The notes: a model not told the origin generated them from the letters alone. 64,000 nucleotides of DNA from a virus (IMGVR_UViG_3300028886_000058:32001-96000); one strand, 5' to 3'; counted from the stretch's first letter, positions 48,572 through 59,249 are shown. Program-made: numbers and translations.

Positions 48572-50325
48572 TTAAGCAGCAGGAGTCTTGATATAAGCGA
48601 TGCTATAGCAAGCCTGATCCTGACGCTTTGCGTCCATAGCGGCAATCGTGAACTGGAAGGTATTCGCAGTCTTGTAGGACGCATCGAAACCGGGCTGAGC
48701 AGTCACGCGGCACTTGTACACACGGACATACACATGACCGATGATAGAGCTGTCGGTGCAGTCGTCACCGTTACCATACACGGGATAAACCATGACGGCT
48801 TCGCCCATAGCAGAGCTCTGGTTGGTGATGTTAGCTTCTTGAGCAGCTTCCCTGTAGAAGTAGTTAACTTCCACTTTGCCACCTTCGACATCGCTAGACG
48901 CAAAGGTGATCTTCGCAGGATTCGCGCCAGAAGCAGCAGTAACCTTGAATTTACCTTCGGTAGGAGTCTGCGCAGTCTCTTCCATGCCAGCAATAGACAC
49001 AGAACCAGACACAGGGTCCTTCAGAAGCTGCACTTCATTCTGACCATCAAGAGTCAGGAACTCAGTCATAGGAACTTCATAGTTCGCGTTAGCTTCGAAC
49101 TTGGTTGCATTCGTCATAACGAACAGATCAGCTTCAAACTTACCGGAAGTAACCTGCATTTCAAAGGTAGACTGACCAGGTAAGTAAGCAACAGGGAACA
49201 GAGACCAACCAGCGTTAATTTCGGTGTAGTTTACCTGAGGGCTAACAGAGGCCTGCGTGAGTTCGTCGAAATAGAACACACGACCATCGCAACGTTTAAA
49301 CCACCATTATGTTTAATAAAGCTCGCTAGGCTTTATCCATTATGCTCTATATTACTATAGAGTTCAGACTATATCATCATCCTAAAAAGGATGGCTCCCA
49401 TTTCAGCCGCCAATCGCTTGCGGCTTACGTCTTTCGACTAGTCGTTAGGCATTTACAAATTGTATGTGGAGTCCATTTATCGTGCGATTATTATGACACG
49501 CATGACTAATTGAAGATTTGTTTATATTTAGTCTTCTAGCTGCTTCTGAAATAGATTCAAAAACTTCATTAGTTTCAACGACAATTATGCGTTTCATAAA
49601 ACTTCTTTTTATTTCTCTTGAACGTTCTTTAAACTCTTCAGAACGTTTTTTACCACGATTTTTCTCTGCACTTTTCATTATCGAATCCATAGATATTACT
49701 TGTTTAGCTCTTGCAACTTTTATTTTTTGTTTTGTTTCTTCTGAAACAATTTTATTAATATTTGCTTGTCTTATTTTTTCTATTGATTCTTCTGAGTGTT
49801 TACAGGCAAATCCACCCGCATCGATATTATATCCATTGTTTATTGTATCAAAGTTTTTAATTAATAATCTTTCCATGTTTGCTGCTTCTTGGACGGTAAG
49901 TTTTGAAGCAATGACTTCATGATCAAAACTATCCCATCCATATTTTTTTATAGCTTTATAAAATTTATCACAATGAATATAACCTGATCCGTCTTTACCC
50001 CATCTTAAAGAAGGTTTCTTTACACCAGTAATTCCAATATACATTTTCCCGTTAAGTTTATTAATATGGGCATAAACAAAATAAGTATCATTCAAAATAA
50101 TCATAAAAAGCTCCTTATACAATTTGATTTAGCACGGTAAGTTGTCTTTTTATGGTACCTTTCCTTTATATTTATTTTCGAAAGGCTTCAAAATTAGGCA
50201 CCTAACTAAAAAGAGTTTCTCCGTTTAGAGAGCTTTATCGATATGCGTTACCGCATAAAGGGACACAATTTTATCCGAGGCACGTCAGCAATATAGCCCT
50301 GAAACTCTGGAATATAAGTAGCCAT
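48572..50325 (-). CDS. Major tail tube protein, two exons (50325-50273 and 49304-48572), 261 aa spliced
   Basis: Exon 1 MATYIPEFQGYIADVPR has an RBS (AGAGGT) and joins in frame to (M)WFKRCDGRVFYFDELTQ. Position between connector genes and chaperones. Strong codon bias. Confidence 0.8.
49305..50272 (-). ncRNA. Group I self-splicing intron, 968 nt
   Basis: 5' exon ends in U and pairs GGAU/GUCC (P1 with U-G wobble). P7 elements GACUA (49439-49443) and GAUAUAGUC (49367-49375). Terminal G at 49305. Confidence 0.85.
49445..50122 (-). CDS. Intron-encoded GIY-YIG homing endonuclease
   Basis: FVY...NGKMYIGIT, conserved R, E and GYN residues, NUMOD3-like HSEES..KI/SEETK.KI repeats, C-terminal NUMOD1-type HTH (FESISEAAR.L). 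Confidence 0.9.
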   Translation of the reverse strand: MYKELFMIILNDTYFVYAHINKLNGKMYIGITGVKKPSLRWGKDGSGYIHCDKFYKAIKKYGWDSFDHEVIASKLTVQEAANMERLLIKNFDTINNGYNIDAGGFACKHSEESIEKIRQANINKIVSEETKQKIKVARAKQVISMDSIMKSAEKNRGKKRSEEFKERSREIKRSFMKRIIVVETNEVFESISEAARRLNINKSSISHACHNNRTINGLHIQFVNA

Positions 50326-50455
50326 AATACATGACCTCTTTCTGGATATATTTATAACAAATCACAGCCTCCGAGCTTCCCCTCACATTGGCATAGATTA
50401 GTTATACTAAGAGAGGCCTTCAAATAACCTTTGATACTTTTGCCTGTATCTAGGC

Positions 50456-50920
50456 TTAATACACTTTCATATATCTGAAAGCTATAGTATATCGGGCGTA
50501 ACCAGCAACTCTTGTGCCCATATCCCAATCTCCAGCAACCCAGAATCTATATCCTGTATCAGCAAGATATCTTTCCTGTGTTAAAAGTTTAATAAGTCTA
50601 TTTGCAATCAAATGTGTTCTCAATTGCAACCTATCGTCTCCGACATTATGTAACTCGCTTTGTTTTACATATATATCAAAAGTCATTAGATTCTTTGTTA
50701 TATTTGGAACACTTGTTTCAGTTCCTTGTGCATCAGCATAGACTATTCTACAAACTTCGTCTGTTAATAGCTGATTGGTATACCCAGCCCGAATAAAATA
50801 TTTATCGATAAATTGTAAAATGTTGGTTTTAGGTGGAATTTTCATTAAAACCTTTAAGTCATGATCCGTCCAGATAACTTTACGAATAATAGTATTCCAT
50901 GCGTTTATCCATCCCATCAT
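50456..50920 (-). CDS. Probable tail terminator/completion protein
   Basis: Position just upstream of the tail tube gene. TFDIYV...L.R...IA..L motif. Confidence 0.5.
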   Translation of the reverse strand: MMGWINAWNTIIRKVIWTDHDLKVLMKIPPKTNILQFIDKYFIRAGYTNQLLTDEVCRIVYADAQGTETSVPNITKNLMTFDIYVKQSELHNVGDDRLQLRTHLIANRLIKLLTQERYLADTGYRFWVAGDWDMGTRVAGYARYTIAFRYMKVY

Positions 50921-51432
50921 GACGCAACACCTCCCAACATTTTCTTTATTTCGCCCATAGCGAATTCTTTTGCAGCATTCTGAATTTCATCCATAGTTGG
51001 TCCATTAATAGAAACATTTACATATATCGAATCAATTACTTGATTCGTAGCTTCTATTTCATCTGGATTGTCTTTAAATTCAGAAGCTATTTTTATATAT
51101 TCGTTTTTTACGATGTTCGTAAGAAACATTTCAATATCATTTGCAGAACCTCCGCTTAAAAGTTCTGTTATGTGATCTTGAATTTCTTCGTTTATAACAG
51201 AAGATATTATTTTTTTAGAATTTTCTTCAGCATATCCAGCAGCTTCAGAACCTTCTGTAAAAATACCTCCAGTAACAGCGGCTCTAGAAGGTCTGGTTCC
51301 TCCTTGTGGAAGTATTATATCTCCACCAGTAACAGAAGGAGGAGAAATACCTTCATCCATTAACTCTCTCCATGACTCATTCGAAGATGTGATTTCATAG
51401 GATACGGTTACTGTAAAATTACTCGTACTCAT
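50917..51432 (-). CDS. Hypothetical neck/connector protein
   Basis: Position only. Acidic. Likely start ATG 51432. Confidence 0.4.
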   Translation of the reverse strand: MSTSNFTVTVSYEITSSNESWRELMDEGISPPSVTGGDIILPQGGTRPSRAAVTGGIFTEGSEAAGYAEENSKKIISSVINEEIQDHITELLSGGSANDIEMFLTNIVKNEYIKIASEFKDNPDEIEATNQVIDSIYVNVSINGPTMDEIQNAAKEFAMGEIKKMLGGVAS

Positions 51433-52198
51433 GTAAACCACCAGCCGCTCTTTTAGCCTGAAGTTTTAACGTTCCATGTGTGCTTGTAATATCAACACCT
51501 ACAAAATTGACATCAACAATTTCATATGTTGCGTTTTGCCAATCAAAATGCTGTCCAATTTTTATGTTTTTAGTTTGATTATTATATTGAACAGTCATCA
51601 AAGTTAAGGCATCCGCAATTGTGCCGGGAGTCCCTGATACAGCTACATAGCCAGGTCTTCCATCATATCTGCAAGCATTAGCAGGAATATCTTCGCATAT
51701 TATTTTCAAATTTTCAGACATGTCATCAGACGCGTATGTTTCGTTTGATATAACATATCCTTCATCATCTATTACATATCCTTCCTCGTCAACTGTAGAG
51801 TCTTTATATTCATATACTTTCAAATATAAATTACATCTTAAAGCACGAGATGGAATATTGTTAGACTCTTTATGCCCATCCCAGTCAAGAATATAAATAG
51901 TCTGATCTGGTTCTATAACAATATCACCTTTTTGTATCCCGCTTGTAAGAGAACATCTGATATTCATATTGTTATCTGTGTTCTCATAACGGCTTTTAGT
52001 AGAATCAGGATATAACTCGCCACGAACATAAGTTGGTTCATAGTTGTCGTTAAATTTGTCATACCAGTTATGTAGAAGTTCAAAATCCATAACTGTATTT
52101 GGAATGTCATTATTTAAGAAAGCGTCGAAATCTGCGGCAAGTGTCCTTGGGACCCTAAACCGCTTGGATGTACCTTGCGGTACGTAGGGAATAGACAT
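51419..52198 (-). CDS. Probable head-tail joining/closure protein
   Basis: Position. I.KGDIV...Y...L.CN and IG..F.W...YEI..V beta-barrel patterns. Confidence 0.5.
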   Translation of the reverse strand: MSIPYVPQGTSKRFRVPRTLAADFDAFLNNDIPNTVMDFELLHNWYDKFNDNYEPTYVRGELYPDSTKSRYENTDNNMNIRCSLTSGIQKGDIVIEPDQTIYILDWDGHKESNNIPSRALRCNLYLKVYEYKDSTVDEEGYVIDDEGYVISNETYASDDMSENLKIICEDIPANACRYDGRPGYVAVSGTPGTIADALTLMTVQYNNQTKNIKIGQHFDWQNATYEIVDVNFVGVDITSTHGTLKLQAKRAAGGLHEYE

Positions 52199-52210
52199 AT
52201 TGCCACCTTC

Positions 52211-52543
52211 TTATTTGTTTAATGTTTTTGCGAGAAATTCGCTAAATGACATTGTAGATCCTTTGATCCCTTTGTAAGATAAATTTTCAGGCAAACGTTT
52301 TATTGAATTTGCCTGATCTAATATCTTATGCCTGATTTTGTTAAACTTTTCAGTTAACTCAGGAGGCCATTCATTTTTCTGTTTGTTCCCAGAAAAACAA
52401 TAAAAAGCATCTTCAATGTCCATTAGAACTCGTTTCAGTTCAAGACTGAGCATTTCAGTATAATCTATAAAACCGTATTCCTTTTCAACAACAGTTTCAA
52501 GATCTTTGTTTTTATACTCAATTTTCACTTTAAAATCACTCAT
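52211..52543 (-). CDS. Hypothetical protein
   Basis: 110 aa with RBS, F.KIR.KILD..N...R motif. Confidence 0.55.
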   Translation of the reverse strand: MSDFKVKIEYKNKDLETVVEKEYGFIDYTEMLSLELKRVLMDIEDAFYCFSGNKQKNEWPPELTEKFNKIRHKILDQANSIKRLPENLSYKGIKGSTMSFSEFLAKTLNK

Positions 52544-52549
52544 TTTCCT

Positions 52550-52987
52550 TCACCCTTCATCACGAGCCATCATTTTATGAAAAACACGAATCCGTTCTCT
52601 TTCAAGAGTATCGAGCTCTTGTTGAATTGATTTGTATCCTTCTTTTGCTCCGGTTACAGATAAAGCATTGGTTGTATAACTTACAGCTCCATCACCAGAC
52701 AAGTCGCTTAATACAAGATTTAAAAATCTCATATTGCTAATAATGCGAATATATTCCTCTTGAAGAATGTTAAAATCAAAATCATAAAACAGAGTATCGG
52801 CTTCGTCAGTTGTGAACAAAGTTTGGTCATAATAATCAGGATGGTTGATATCAACAAACAATTTCTTAATAGAATGCACAATGATCTTAACGTAATCCTT
52901 TTCGCTTAAAGGATACGGAGTGTTACGCCATGCGTTTTCATTTTCAAGCTCGTCAGCAGCTTCATAGATGTTGTACAAATCAACCAC
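52550..52987 (-). CDS. Probable head-tail adaptor
   Basis: Position after the capsid genes. Helical, with a terminal coiled coil. Confidence 0.45.
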   Translation of the reverse strand: MVDLYNIYEAADELENENAWRNTPYPLSEKDYVKIIVHSIKKLFVDINHPDYYDQTLFTTDEADTLFYDFDFNILQEEYIRIISNMRFLNLVLSDLSGDGAVSYTTNALSVTGAKEGYKSIQQELDTLERERIRVFHKMMARDEG

Positions 52988-52998
52988 TCCATTCCTAA

Positions 52999-53466
52999 TT
53001 ATTCTTCGCTTTCTTCTTCATCTAAAAGATCGCGGTTCGGCATTTTAGAATTTAAGACCTTCAGTTTGCTTGCTGGAAGATCCATCTTTTTGCCAACTTC
53101 CCAGATCTCATGAAGTTCAACGGGATCGTCAATTTTACTAATCCACGTCTTGAAAGCATTAAAAGGTTTCTTAAGATTAGTCTCAATTTCTTTAGCGTTG
53201 TGATGTACTTCGGTAGATTCATCGGTGAATCCACCAACGTCTTCAAGCGCTAAATCCTTACCAGAATCATCTACTGGTACAAGCATTTTCGCAGAGAAAA
53301 ATTTCTTGCGATTGCAAATGCTCTCAATGTAAAGAATATCGTTTACGGACAAAACAGCAAAACTGCCCGGCTTAATGTTGATAGATTGTTGTCCGTTGTT
53401 TACGTACACACCAATTGCATGATTGCACCGATTATACACACGGTACCTTGCATCTCCATTAATCAT
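52999..53466 (-). CDS. Hypothetical capsid-downstream protein
   Basis: 155 aa immediately after the capsid terminator. Confidence 0.55.
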   Translation of the reverse strand: MINGDARYRVYNRCNHAIGVYVNNGQQSINIKPGSFAVLSVNDILYIESICNRKKFFSAKMLVPVDDSGKDLALEDVGGFTDESTEVHHNAKEIETNLKKPFNAFKTWISKIDDPVELHEIWEVGKKMDLPASKLKVLNSKMPNRDLLDEEESEE

Positions 53467-53487
53467 AATTCCTTCTTACCTTTCATT

Positions 53488-53520
53488 AAAATAAGGAGCG
53501 GGGCTTTTACACCCCGCTCC
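53488..53520 (-). terminator. Intrinsic terminator after the major capsid gene
   Basis: GGAGCGGGG/CCCCGCTCC stem followed by TTATTTT on the minus strand. Confidence 0.75.
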
Positions 53521-53527
53521 GGTTTTG

Positions 53528-54529
53528 TTAGCCAATTTCGTAAGCACCGATAGTAGGAATGCTTCCAACAACAAACGCAGCACCGAAGCGCTGAGTAAGT
53601 TCGGTTTCAAACGTATGATCATCAATCGTCTGCTGAGTCATGCTGTAGGTCGGACCCTCATTCAGAACTTTCAGATTCTTTTGATCATTGCCAACACCAG
53701 AAGAAATAATATAGATCCAATCCTCATTCAGAATAGGAGTGGTCTTACCATCTTCATAAGCGTTGACCATAGAAATAACGCTAGCACCATTGTAACGTCC
53801 AAGGTAACCAGTGTTATTCTTCTCGTCGATCATGCTACCGCTGTACTGTATGCTCGTGTTAGACACAGGAGCACCAGCCAGAGCAAACAGACCTTCGACA
53901 GCAGCAGCGTCACCAACGAGTGACACGCCGCCAAGACGCTTAAAGTACATCAGCTGGTCATCCAGCGTAGCCTTCACGATACCGGTACCAGTGCCATAGA
54001 ACGGACTCTGATACTGAGAAATAGCATTGTGCAGAACCTGCTCCACATACTTCAGTTTCAGCATGGTGAATTCCTTGTTCGCATCGCGAATCAGGTCAGG
54101 CATGTTGATACGATTCATGCGAATATCCCAGATGTTGATAGCGGGACGGCTCGCAATTTCAAAAGTATTAATGGAGAACTGACGGTCAGTCACATAGCTA
54201 CGAGCAGTCGTAGCACCAGTAGCCTGAATGAACGCCTTGATACCAGCGGTCTTCATCCGATACATAGGCCTGTCGCCAAGCGCCACGTTACGAATATCAC
54301 CGAAGGTTTCCATGAAGTTCAGAGAATTCTGCTGCAGTTCGTTAATAGTGAACGCAATGATCTGACCAATTTCGTGCTGATGCTGAGGAGACATGTCCTG
54401 AGCCAGTTCATTCACGATAGCGGAAGCTTCTTCGACCTTATCGGAGTCGACCCGTTCATTACGGACCTGAGCAGCCATTACTTTAATAAGCTTGCTGTCC
54501 TTATCCACTTTAATTTCAGCCATTGTCAT
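53528..54529 (-). CDS. Major capsid protein
   Basis: 333 aa, follows the scaffold and decoration genes, strong RBS AGGAGGTG, biased codons, G.LG.Y.G..V motif, downstream terminator. Confidence 0.75.
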   Translation of the reverse strand: MTMAEIKVDKDSKLIKVMAAQVRNERVDSDKVEEASAIVNELAQDMSPQHQHEIGQIIAFTINELQQNSLNFMETFGDIRNVALGDRPMYRMKTAGIKAFIQATGATTARSYVTDRQFSINTFEIASRPAINIWDIRMNRINMPDLIRDANKEFTMLKLKYVEQVLHNAISQYQSPFYGTGTGIVKATLDDQLMYFKRLGGVSLVGDAAAVEGLFALAGAPVSNTSIQYSGSMIDEKNNTGYLGRYNGASVISMVNAYEDGKTTPILNEDWIYIISSGVGNDQKNLKVLNEGPTYSMTQQTIDDHTFETELTQRFGAAFVVGSIPTIGAYEIG

Positions 54530-54537
54530 TCACCTCC

Positions 54538-54978
54538 TTAACCAATAGTACCATCGGCTTTAACGCCATACGCAGTGCCAACAACAGGAGTCCCGGTCAC
54601 GTTATTAGTAACGAATTCTTCACCAACAAGGATGGGATGGGCACGCATAAGCTCGCCAACGGGTTGCGTGTAATCACGCTTGTCATATTCTTGATAATCC
54701 TCAACGTTGAATTGACGCTCATTTTCAACGAAGTAATACCTCTTCGCCAGAGTGTCAGCAACAAAACGATAAGCAGTCACACCGCCATAGATGTCAGTCA
54801 CTTCCGTGCAAACAAACTTGGTAGTAGTGTCAGCCGCACCCGGCAGCACCAGCTTATCAGCATTAGCGCCAGTTCCCTGAACCATCAGAAGTCCGTTGGG
54901 CACAGCAGCAGCAGCGCCGTTAGACCACCGACCTTCATAAACATAGCCCTGAAGCTTTGTCATATAGCCACTAGCCAT
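54538..54978 (-). CDS. Probable capsid decoration/stabilising protein
   Basis: 146 aa, Gly/Ala/Thr-rich, located between scaffold and capsid genes. Confidence 0.55.
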   Translation of the reverse strand: MASGYMTKLQGYVYEGRWSNGAAAAVPNGLLMVQGTGANADKLVLPGAADTTTKFVCTEVTDIYGGVTAYRFVADTLAKRYYFVENERQFNVEDYQEYDKRDYTQPVGELMRAHPILVGEEFVTNNVTGTPVVGTAYGVKADGTIG

Positions 54979-55011
54979 ATTCGGTCATTCCTTTCAAAAG
55001 AATTTCTTTGC

Positions 55012-56289
55012 TTAGGCTTTCTCAAGCAAAGAGTATGAAATATTTTTTGTGTCCTTTTCCAGAAGACTATATTTGTTCTCCGTGGAAATAGTACCCATGA
55101 ACGGATTAATTTCACCGACTACTGACTTGGCTTCAGTTGCTTTCTGCTCTTTCAGTTCGGCTACTTCGTTCTTAAGACTGTTAACAACTTCCATTAATTC
55201 AGCGATAAGTTGTTCAGCGGTCTTCTTTTTGGAGTCATAACTATCCTGATTAATCTCATCAGGAGTTTCATCGTCGCTTTCATCGCCGTCTTCGGGATCA
55301 TCATCTGCGGCAACTTCCTTTTTAGCGTCTCCGGAGTCTTCTTCTGCCACAACAGAAGGATCGCTATCAGACGCTTCAGCAACGTGTACACCGTCGACTG
55401 TCTCCACGAGATTTCCTTCAACTACGTTACTTGTCTGAGTTTCAACAGTTACTGCCTGGAAAACTTCTTTTCCGGTTTCAGTATCATAGGCACTCTGAGT
55501 AGTGCGTTCTACATGATTCTCGTGCATAATAACAGCAGCGGTTTCGTCTTCAGCCTTTTCCTTTTTCTTGCAGGCTGCTTCTTCTTGTTTTTCCTCCTCA
55601 GACTGCACTTCTTGTGCAGTTTCTAGAGAAGATTCGTTTTCAGCCAGTTCAGGCTGATCAGTTTCAACAACTTCAGCCTTGTTTTCGACTTCTGCCATTT
55701 CCTCATCACCCTTTCTGGTCTCATCTGCTTGCTGTGCAACTAATTCAAGTGCTACAGCATCTTCGCAGGCGGGGTAGGTCACAATGGCTGTGCCTTCCAA
55801 ATAATTGTTTTCAGACGCATCGATTAAGATCGTATCATCATCAAGTTCTTCATATTCACCAACAGAAAGCTCAAAAGAAAACTTTAAGTTTCCTTCTGCG
55901 AATAATTCAGATATTGCTTTACTAAGTTTTTTATTACGCTTAGGAATTCTTGCATATCCGATTAATGCGCATCCGCTTTCAATAGGTTGTTTTTCGAACT
56001 TATAGAAAGATCCAATCTGCGTAGAATGAAATTCGCCTGTTTTTGTGTCATACAGATGACCAAGGCGAGTGTAGTTTCCGCCTATTAATGCTTTTTTGTC
56101 AGCATACAGCGGAAGCCCAACATACCGCGTTTCATTACCTACGATTTCATCAATGAAAGCTTCGGTAACTCTAGCTCCATTAAGATTAGCCTCAGGAGCT
56201 TCGCAGATGCGAGCCTTTACAGTCATGAACACATCAGACTGCTGGATTTCGGAGATGACAGAAGCAAATGTAATTTTGCTCATAAACAT
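55012..56289 (-). CDS. Prohead protease/scaffold protein
   Basis: N.NG, FSFEL and GTAIV..PA motifs in the N-terminal half. Long acidic C-terminal half. Confidence 0.65.
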   Translation of the reverse strand: MFMSKITFASVISEIQQSDVFMTVKARICEAPEANLNGARVTEAFIDEIVGNETRYVGLPLYADKKALIGGNYTRLGHLYDTKTGEFHSTQIGSFYKFEKQPIESGCALIGYARIPKRNKKLSKAISELFAEGNLKFSFELSVGEYEELDDDTILIDASENNYLEGTAIVTYPACEDAVALELVAQQADETRKGDEEMAEVENKAEVVETDQPELAENESSLETAQEVQSEEEKQEEAACKKKEKAEDETAAVIMHENHVERTTQSAYDTETGKEVFQAVTVETQTSNVVEGNLVETVDGVHVAEASDSDPSVVAEEDSGDAKKEVAADDDPEDGDESDDETPDEINQDSYDSKKKTAEQLIAELMEVVNSLKNEVAELKEQKATEAKSVVGEINPFMGTISTENKYSLLEKDTKNISYSLLEKA

Positions 56290-56368
56290 TCTCCCTTTGC
56301 TTTGCGTTCAGTGGGGGAAGACAAAGAGCGCAAGGCTAATCTATGATAAACACCGTAAGGTGTTATCA

Positions 56369-57571
56369 TTAAAATATAATTGGGTATACACATCTACGTC
56401 CATACCCTTCTTCGACTAGTATCGCTGTAGCGCCAGGTAAGGCTCCGTATCCTTTGCTTTGAGCATAAGGATCTATTCCGCAAAAACTTGGAACACGTTC
56501 AACGAATACGTTTCCGTCCGGAATTATTCCGGTTGTGAAAGATTGCGTTTTGTGTAAATGTCCGATGATAAAAGCATCAATTGGTCTTTGATATAAATTG
56601 ACATAATCTTTAGCCATTGATTCTATATCTGTGTTTTGACCATGCAGCAATAAATATTTATATCCGCATACGTCTATCAATTTTGTCATAGGAGCATCGT
56701 TGTCTTCAATCAAAACAGATACTTGATCTTCGAACCTCGCATATAAATAATGCATCACAATGCGCTCCATGTTTTCTTCAGGAAACTGTCCTGCTTTTGA
56801 CCCAAGAGGACGTATTTCTCCATGGTTTCCTCTGACAGCGTATACGCGAATCGGTATATTAACAGACTCTTCAAGTTTGACTAACCATAAGGTAAATGTT
56901 TCAGCAAATCTCATAGAACTTTCAACAACTCCAAACTCTAACCTTTGAAGCTGGCTCGCTCTTAAAATACCGTCCAGCATATCACCTACAATCATAATAG
57001 TAAGCTGATCTGGATTTTCTTTTTCGCATATTTGAATAATATGCCTTAAAAGCTGACCTATACGTTTTTCAAAAACTTGCGAGTCATATTCGTTAATTAT
57101 TTTTCCATCCAATCCCATGACGCTAAAATTAGCACCATAATGGAAGTCACCCATACAAACAAGAAGATCTTTTCTTACTTTTGTTTGCTTTTTATGTGGA
57201 ATATTAATTTCTATTTTAGGCAAAAGCTTTATTGCCTCACGAACACTTTCACATATCAATTCGGTACGGGAAAATTCGCGCATGTTTCTATTAATATCTC
57301 TTTGAATATCGTATAGCTTCTGACGCTCTGTAAAACCTCTGTCAATATGTTTCTGGCTTTCTGTATCGAATACCATTCCTGCAGTTTGTGCAAGATCAAT
57401 ACCGACGCCTATTTTTCTTAAAGTGTCAGTGCTGCAATCAAGATCGTATTCTTTAACAAGATCAATCCAACTTTTACTGCTATGCCTGCATTTTTTATCG
57501 ATTATTTCTTTTACAAGCATTTGCATTTCCTGTTGACCTAACTCGTCAATATTCTTGCCCAAAAAATCCAC
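56369..57571 (-). CDS. Calcineurin-like metallophosphoesterase
   Basis: All five motifs present: GDFHYG, GDMLDG, GNHG, LHG, GHLH. Confidence 0.85.
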   Translation of the reverse strand: MDFLGKNIDELGQQEMQMLVKEIIDKKCRHSSKSWIDLVKEYDLDCSTDTLRKIGVGIDLAQTAGMVFDTESQKHIDRGFTERQKLYDIQRDINRNMREFSRTELICESVREAIKLLPKIEINIPHKKQTKVRKDLLVCMGDFHYGANFSVMGLDGKIINEYDSQVFEKRIGQLLRHIIQICEKENPDQLTIMIVGDMLDGILRASQLQRLEFGVVESSMRFAETFTLWLVKLEESVNIPIRVYAVRGNHGEIRPLGSKAGQFPEENMERIVMHYLYARFEDQVSVLIEDNDAPMTKLIDVCGYKYLLLHGQNTDIESMAKDYVNLYQRPIDAFIIGHLHKTQSFTTGIIPDGNVFVERVPSFCGIDPYAQSKGYGALPGATAILVEEGYGRRCVYPIIF

Positions 57572-57591
57572 ATCCTTTTTAAAAGAGGAAA

Positions 57592-57634
57592 ATGCCGGGG
57601 CTTACATCGTTCGAATGCCCGGCATACCTCCAAA
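57592..57634 (-). terminator. Hairpin after the portal gene
   Basis: ATGCCGGG/CCCGGCAT stem with TTT downstream on the minus strand. Confidence 0.4.
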
Positions 57635-57695
57635 ATGTACGCATTGCAACAGCGCTAATAAAAAATGGTGGTCGCTTGCAAGAGGCGTTGGTAGG

Positions 57696-59249
57696 TCATT
57701 CTTCCATAGATCCTTCAGGGTTAGATGGTTTAGGTTGTTTACCCCTGATTGCATTTTCAGGATCTGATGTTCGCTCGGTCTCGTCCATTTCCGGACGTCC
57801 GACTTTTTCCTGAACATATTCAGTGTTGCCTATTTCACGAGGAAGCATAGCTTCGTCTGTTCCATCAGACTTTTCTTTCTCACGGTTTTCTCTTTCAACT
57901 TCAAGAGAATAACCTTGAGTCTTAAGCATATGATCAGTAGAAATAACACCTTTCTCCCAAAGTTCAACAGCTTTTTCACGCAAAGCCTTTTTGCCTTCGA
58001 TAGAAAGAGGCTGAAAATGGAATTCAGGAGTTTCTTTTAAGTTATATGTGCCTGGAATTACTTCGGCAAGACGCTTGTTGATTTGCGTCATCATGTCACA
58101 GAATTCGTCCCTGATGGCATTAATACGAGCCTCTGCCGTTTCTGTTGAAATCTGAGCAGAAGCAAACGTAGAACCGTCTTCCGATATACCAGTAACCAAT
58201 AATCCGCTAATGCCTCCGGCAGCTAATATATCATTATTAACATTGCGATACTTGTCCCATTGGAACAAGTCATCCATGTCAAACTGAATTGTTTCTGCAG
58301 AAGCTAAATGATTAGTAACAGCTAAAGGAGTGCCGCTCATAGCCGCAAGGAAAATTCTTCTCACCGCAGACAATTGAGCCTGATCTGGAAGAATGTCGTT
58401 TGTTTTAGAACTCTCGCCGTATTTAACATGGACAAAACTTCTCTTGCCAATATTAAGCATTGCGTCTTCATAACTTGAAATAAGTTCCTTTTTAGATAAC
58501 GCTCTTAAAGCAGCCGCAATAAACGGAATGGCGTATCTCTGCCAGCTTTCCTTCGATCCTTGTAATACAAATGTGTTAGCGGGATCAAGCTGCGCATACT
58601 GCTGACCAGCTTTAACTGCTTTTTGAACTTCTTCCGGATAACCCTTTAAAATATAATCCGTGTTGCTGTCTTTTACATACTTTTCAGTAATACTGTAAGA
58701 CTTCATCTGAATTTCGTTGATAATGCTTTGGCAGTCATAATCAACAATAGGAGTTCCGTTAAACATAGTGTTACCGATTCTCCATTTGTTTATCGGTAAT
58801 GTTATAAGATCTCCATCCTTTAGATAACAACACACATTATTGTATTTAGTAAACTCAAGCATAATAGCATCGAGTTTTTCTCTTAGCCGCATACGCTTAT
58901 ATTGTTCTTCGTATAAAGCGTATGTTTTTTTCTTAGACCCTGTTAAGTACCATTCAGAACAAGTAAGAAAAGGAACAAATACATGTTTCACGATTCCGTG
59001 AATAATAGGATCAGCATCTGTATAATAATCAGCAAGCTGATAAAAACTTTGAATGTTGTCCTGCTTATTACGTAAAATGTTTACATAATCATAGCTTGAT
59101 AATTCGCCTGAAAATGTAAAATTAGAATTAGTAAAGCTTTGAATCGTTTCCTGATCCTGTTCCTTGCTTGCGCCAACTGCAATAGTTTTCTGGGGCTGAA
59201 CAGCCACAGTTGTCTTAGTTCGACCAAATAACTGGTCAATCAATCCCAT
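57696..59249 (-). CDS. Portal protein
   Basis: 517 aa directly after the terminase. I....GIS..L, A......I..IR..F and C-terminal GRP motifs. Confidence 0.75.
   Translation of the reverse strand: MGLIDQLFGRTKTTVAVQPQKTIAVGASKEQDQETIQSFTNSNFTFSGELSSYDYVNILRNKQDNIQSFYQLADYYTDADPIIHGIVKHVFVPFLTCSEWYLTGSKKKTYALYEEQYKRMRLREKLDAIMLEFTKYNNVCCYLKDGDLITLPINKWRIGNTMFNGTPIVDYDCQSIINEIQMKSYSITEKYVKDSNTDYILKGYPEEVQKAVKAGQQYAQLDPANTFVLQGSKESWQRYAIPFIAAALRALSKKELISSYEDAMLNIGKRSFVHVKYGESSKTNDILPDQAQLSAVRRIFLAAMSGTPLAVTNHLASAETIQFDMDDLFQWDKYRNVNNDILAAGGISGLLVTGISEDGSTFASAQISTETAEARINAIRDEFCDMMTQINKRLAEVIPGTYNLKETPEFHFQPLSIEGKKALREKAVELWEKGVISTDHMLKTQGYSLEVERENREKEKSDGTDEAMLPREIGNTEYVQEKVGRPEMDETERTSDPENAIRGKQPKPSNPEGSMEE

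Noticed and set aside
57602-57817. 71-aa minus-strand ORF overlapping the portal end
   Set aside because: It is an out-of-frame overlap that runs into a terminator-like hairpin, with no RBS noticed.
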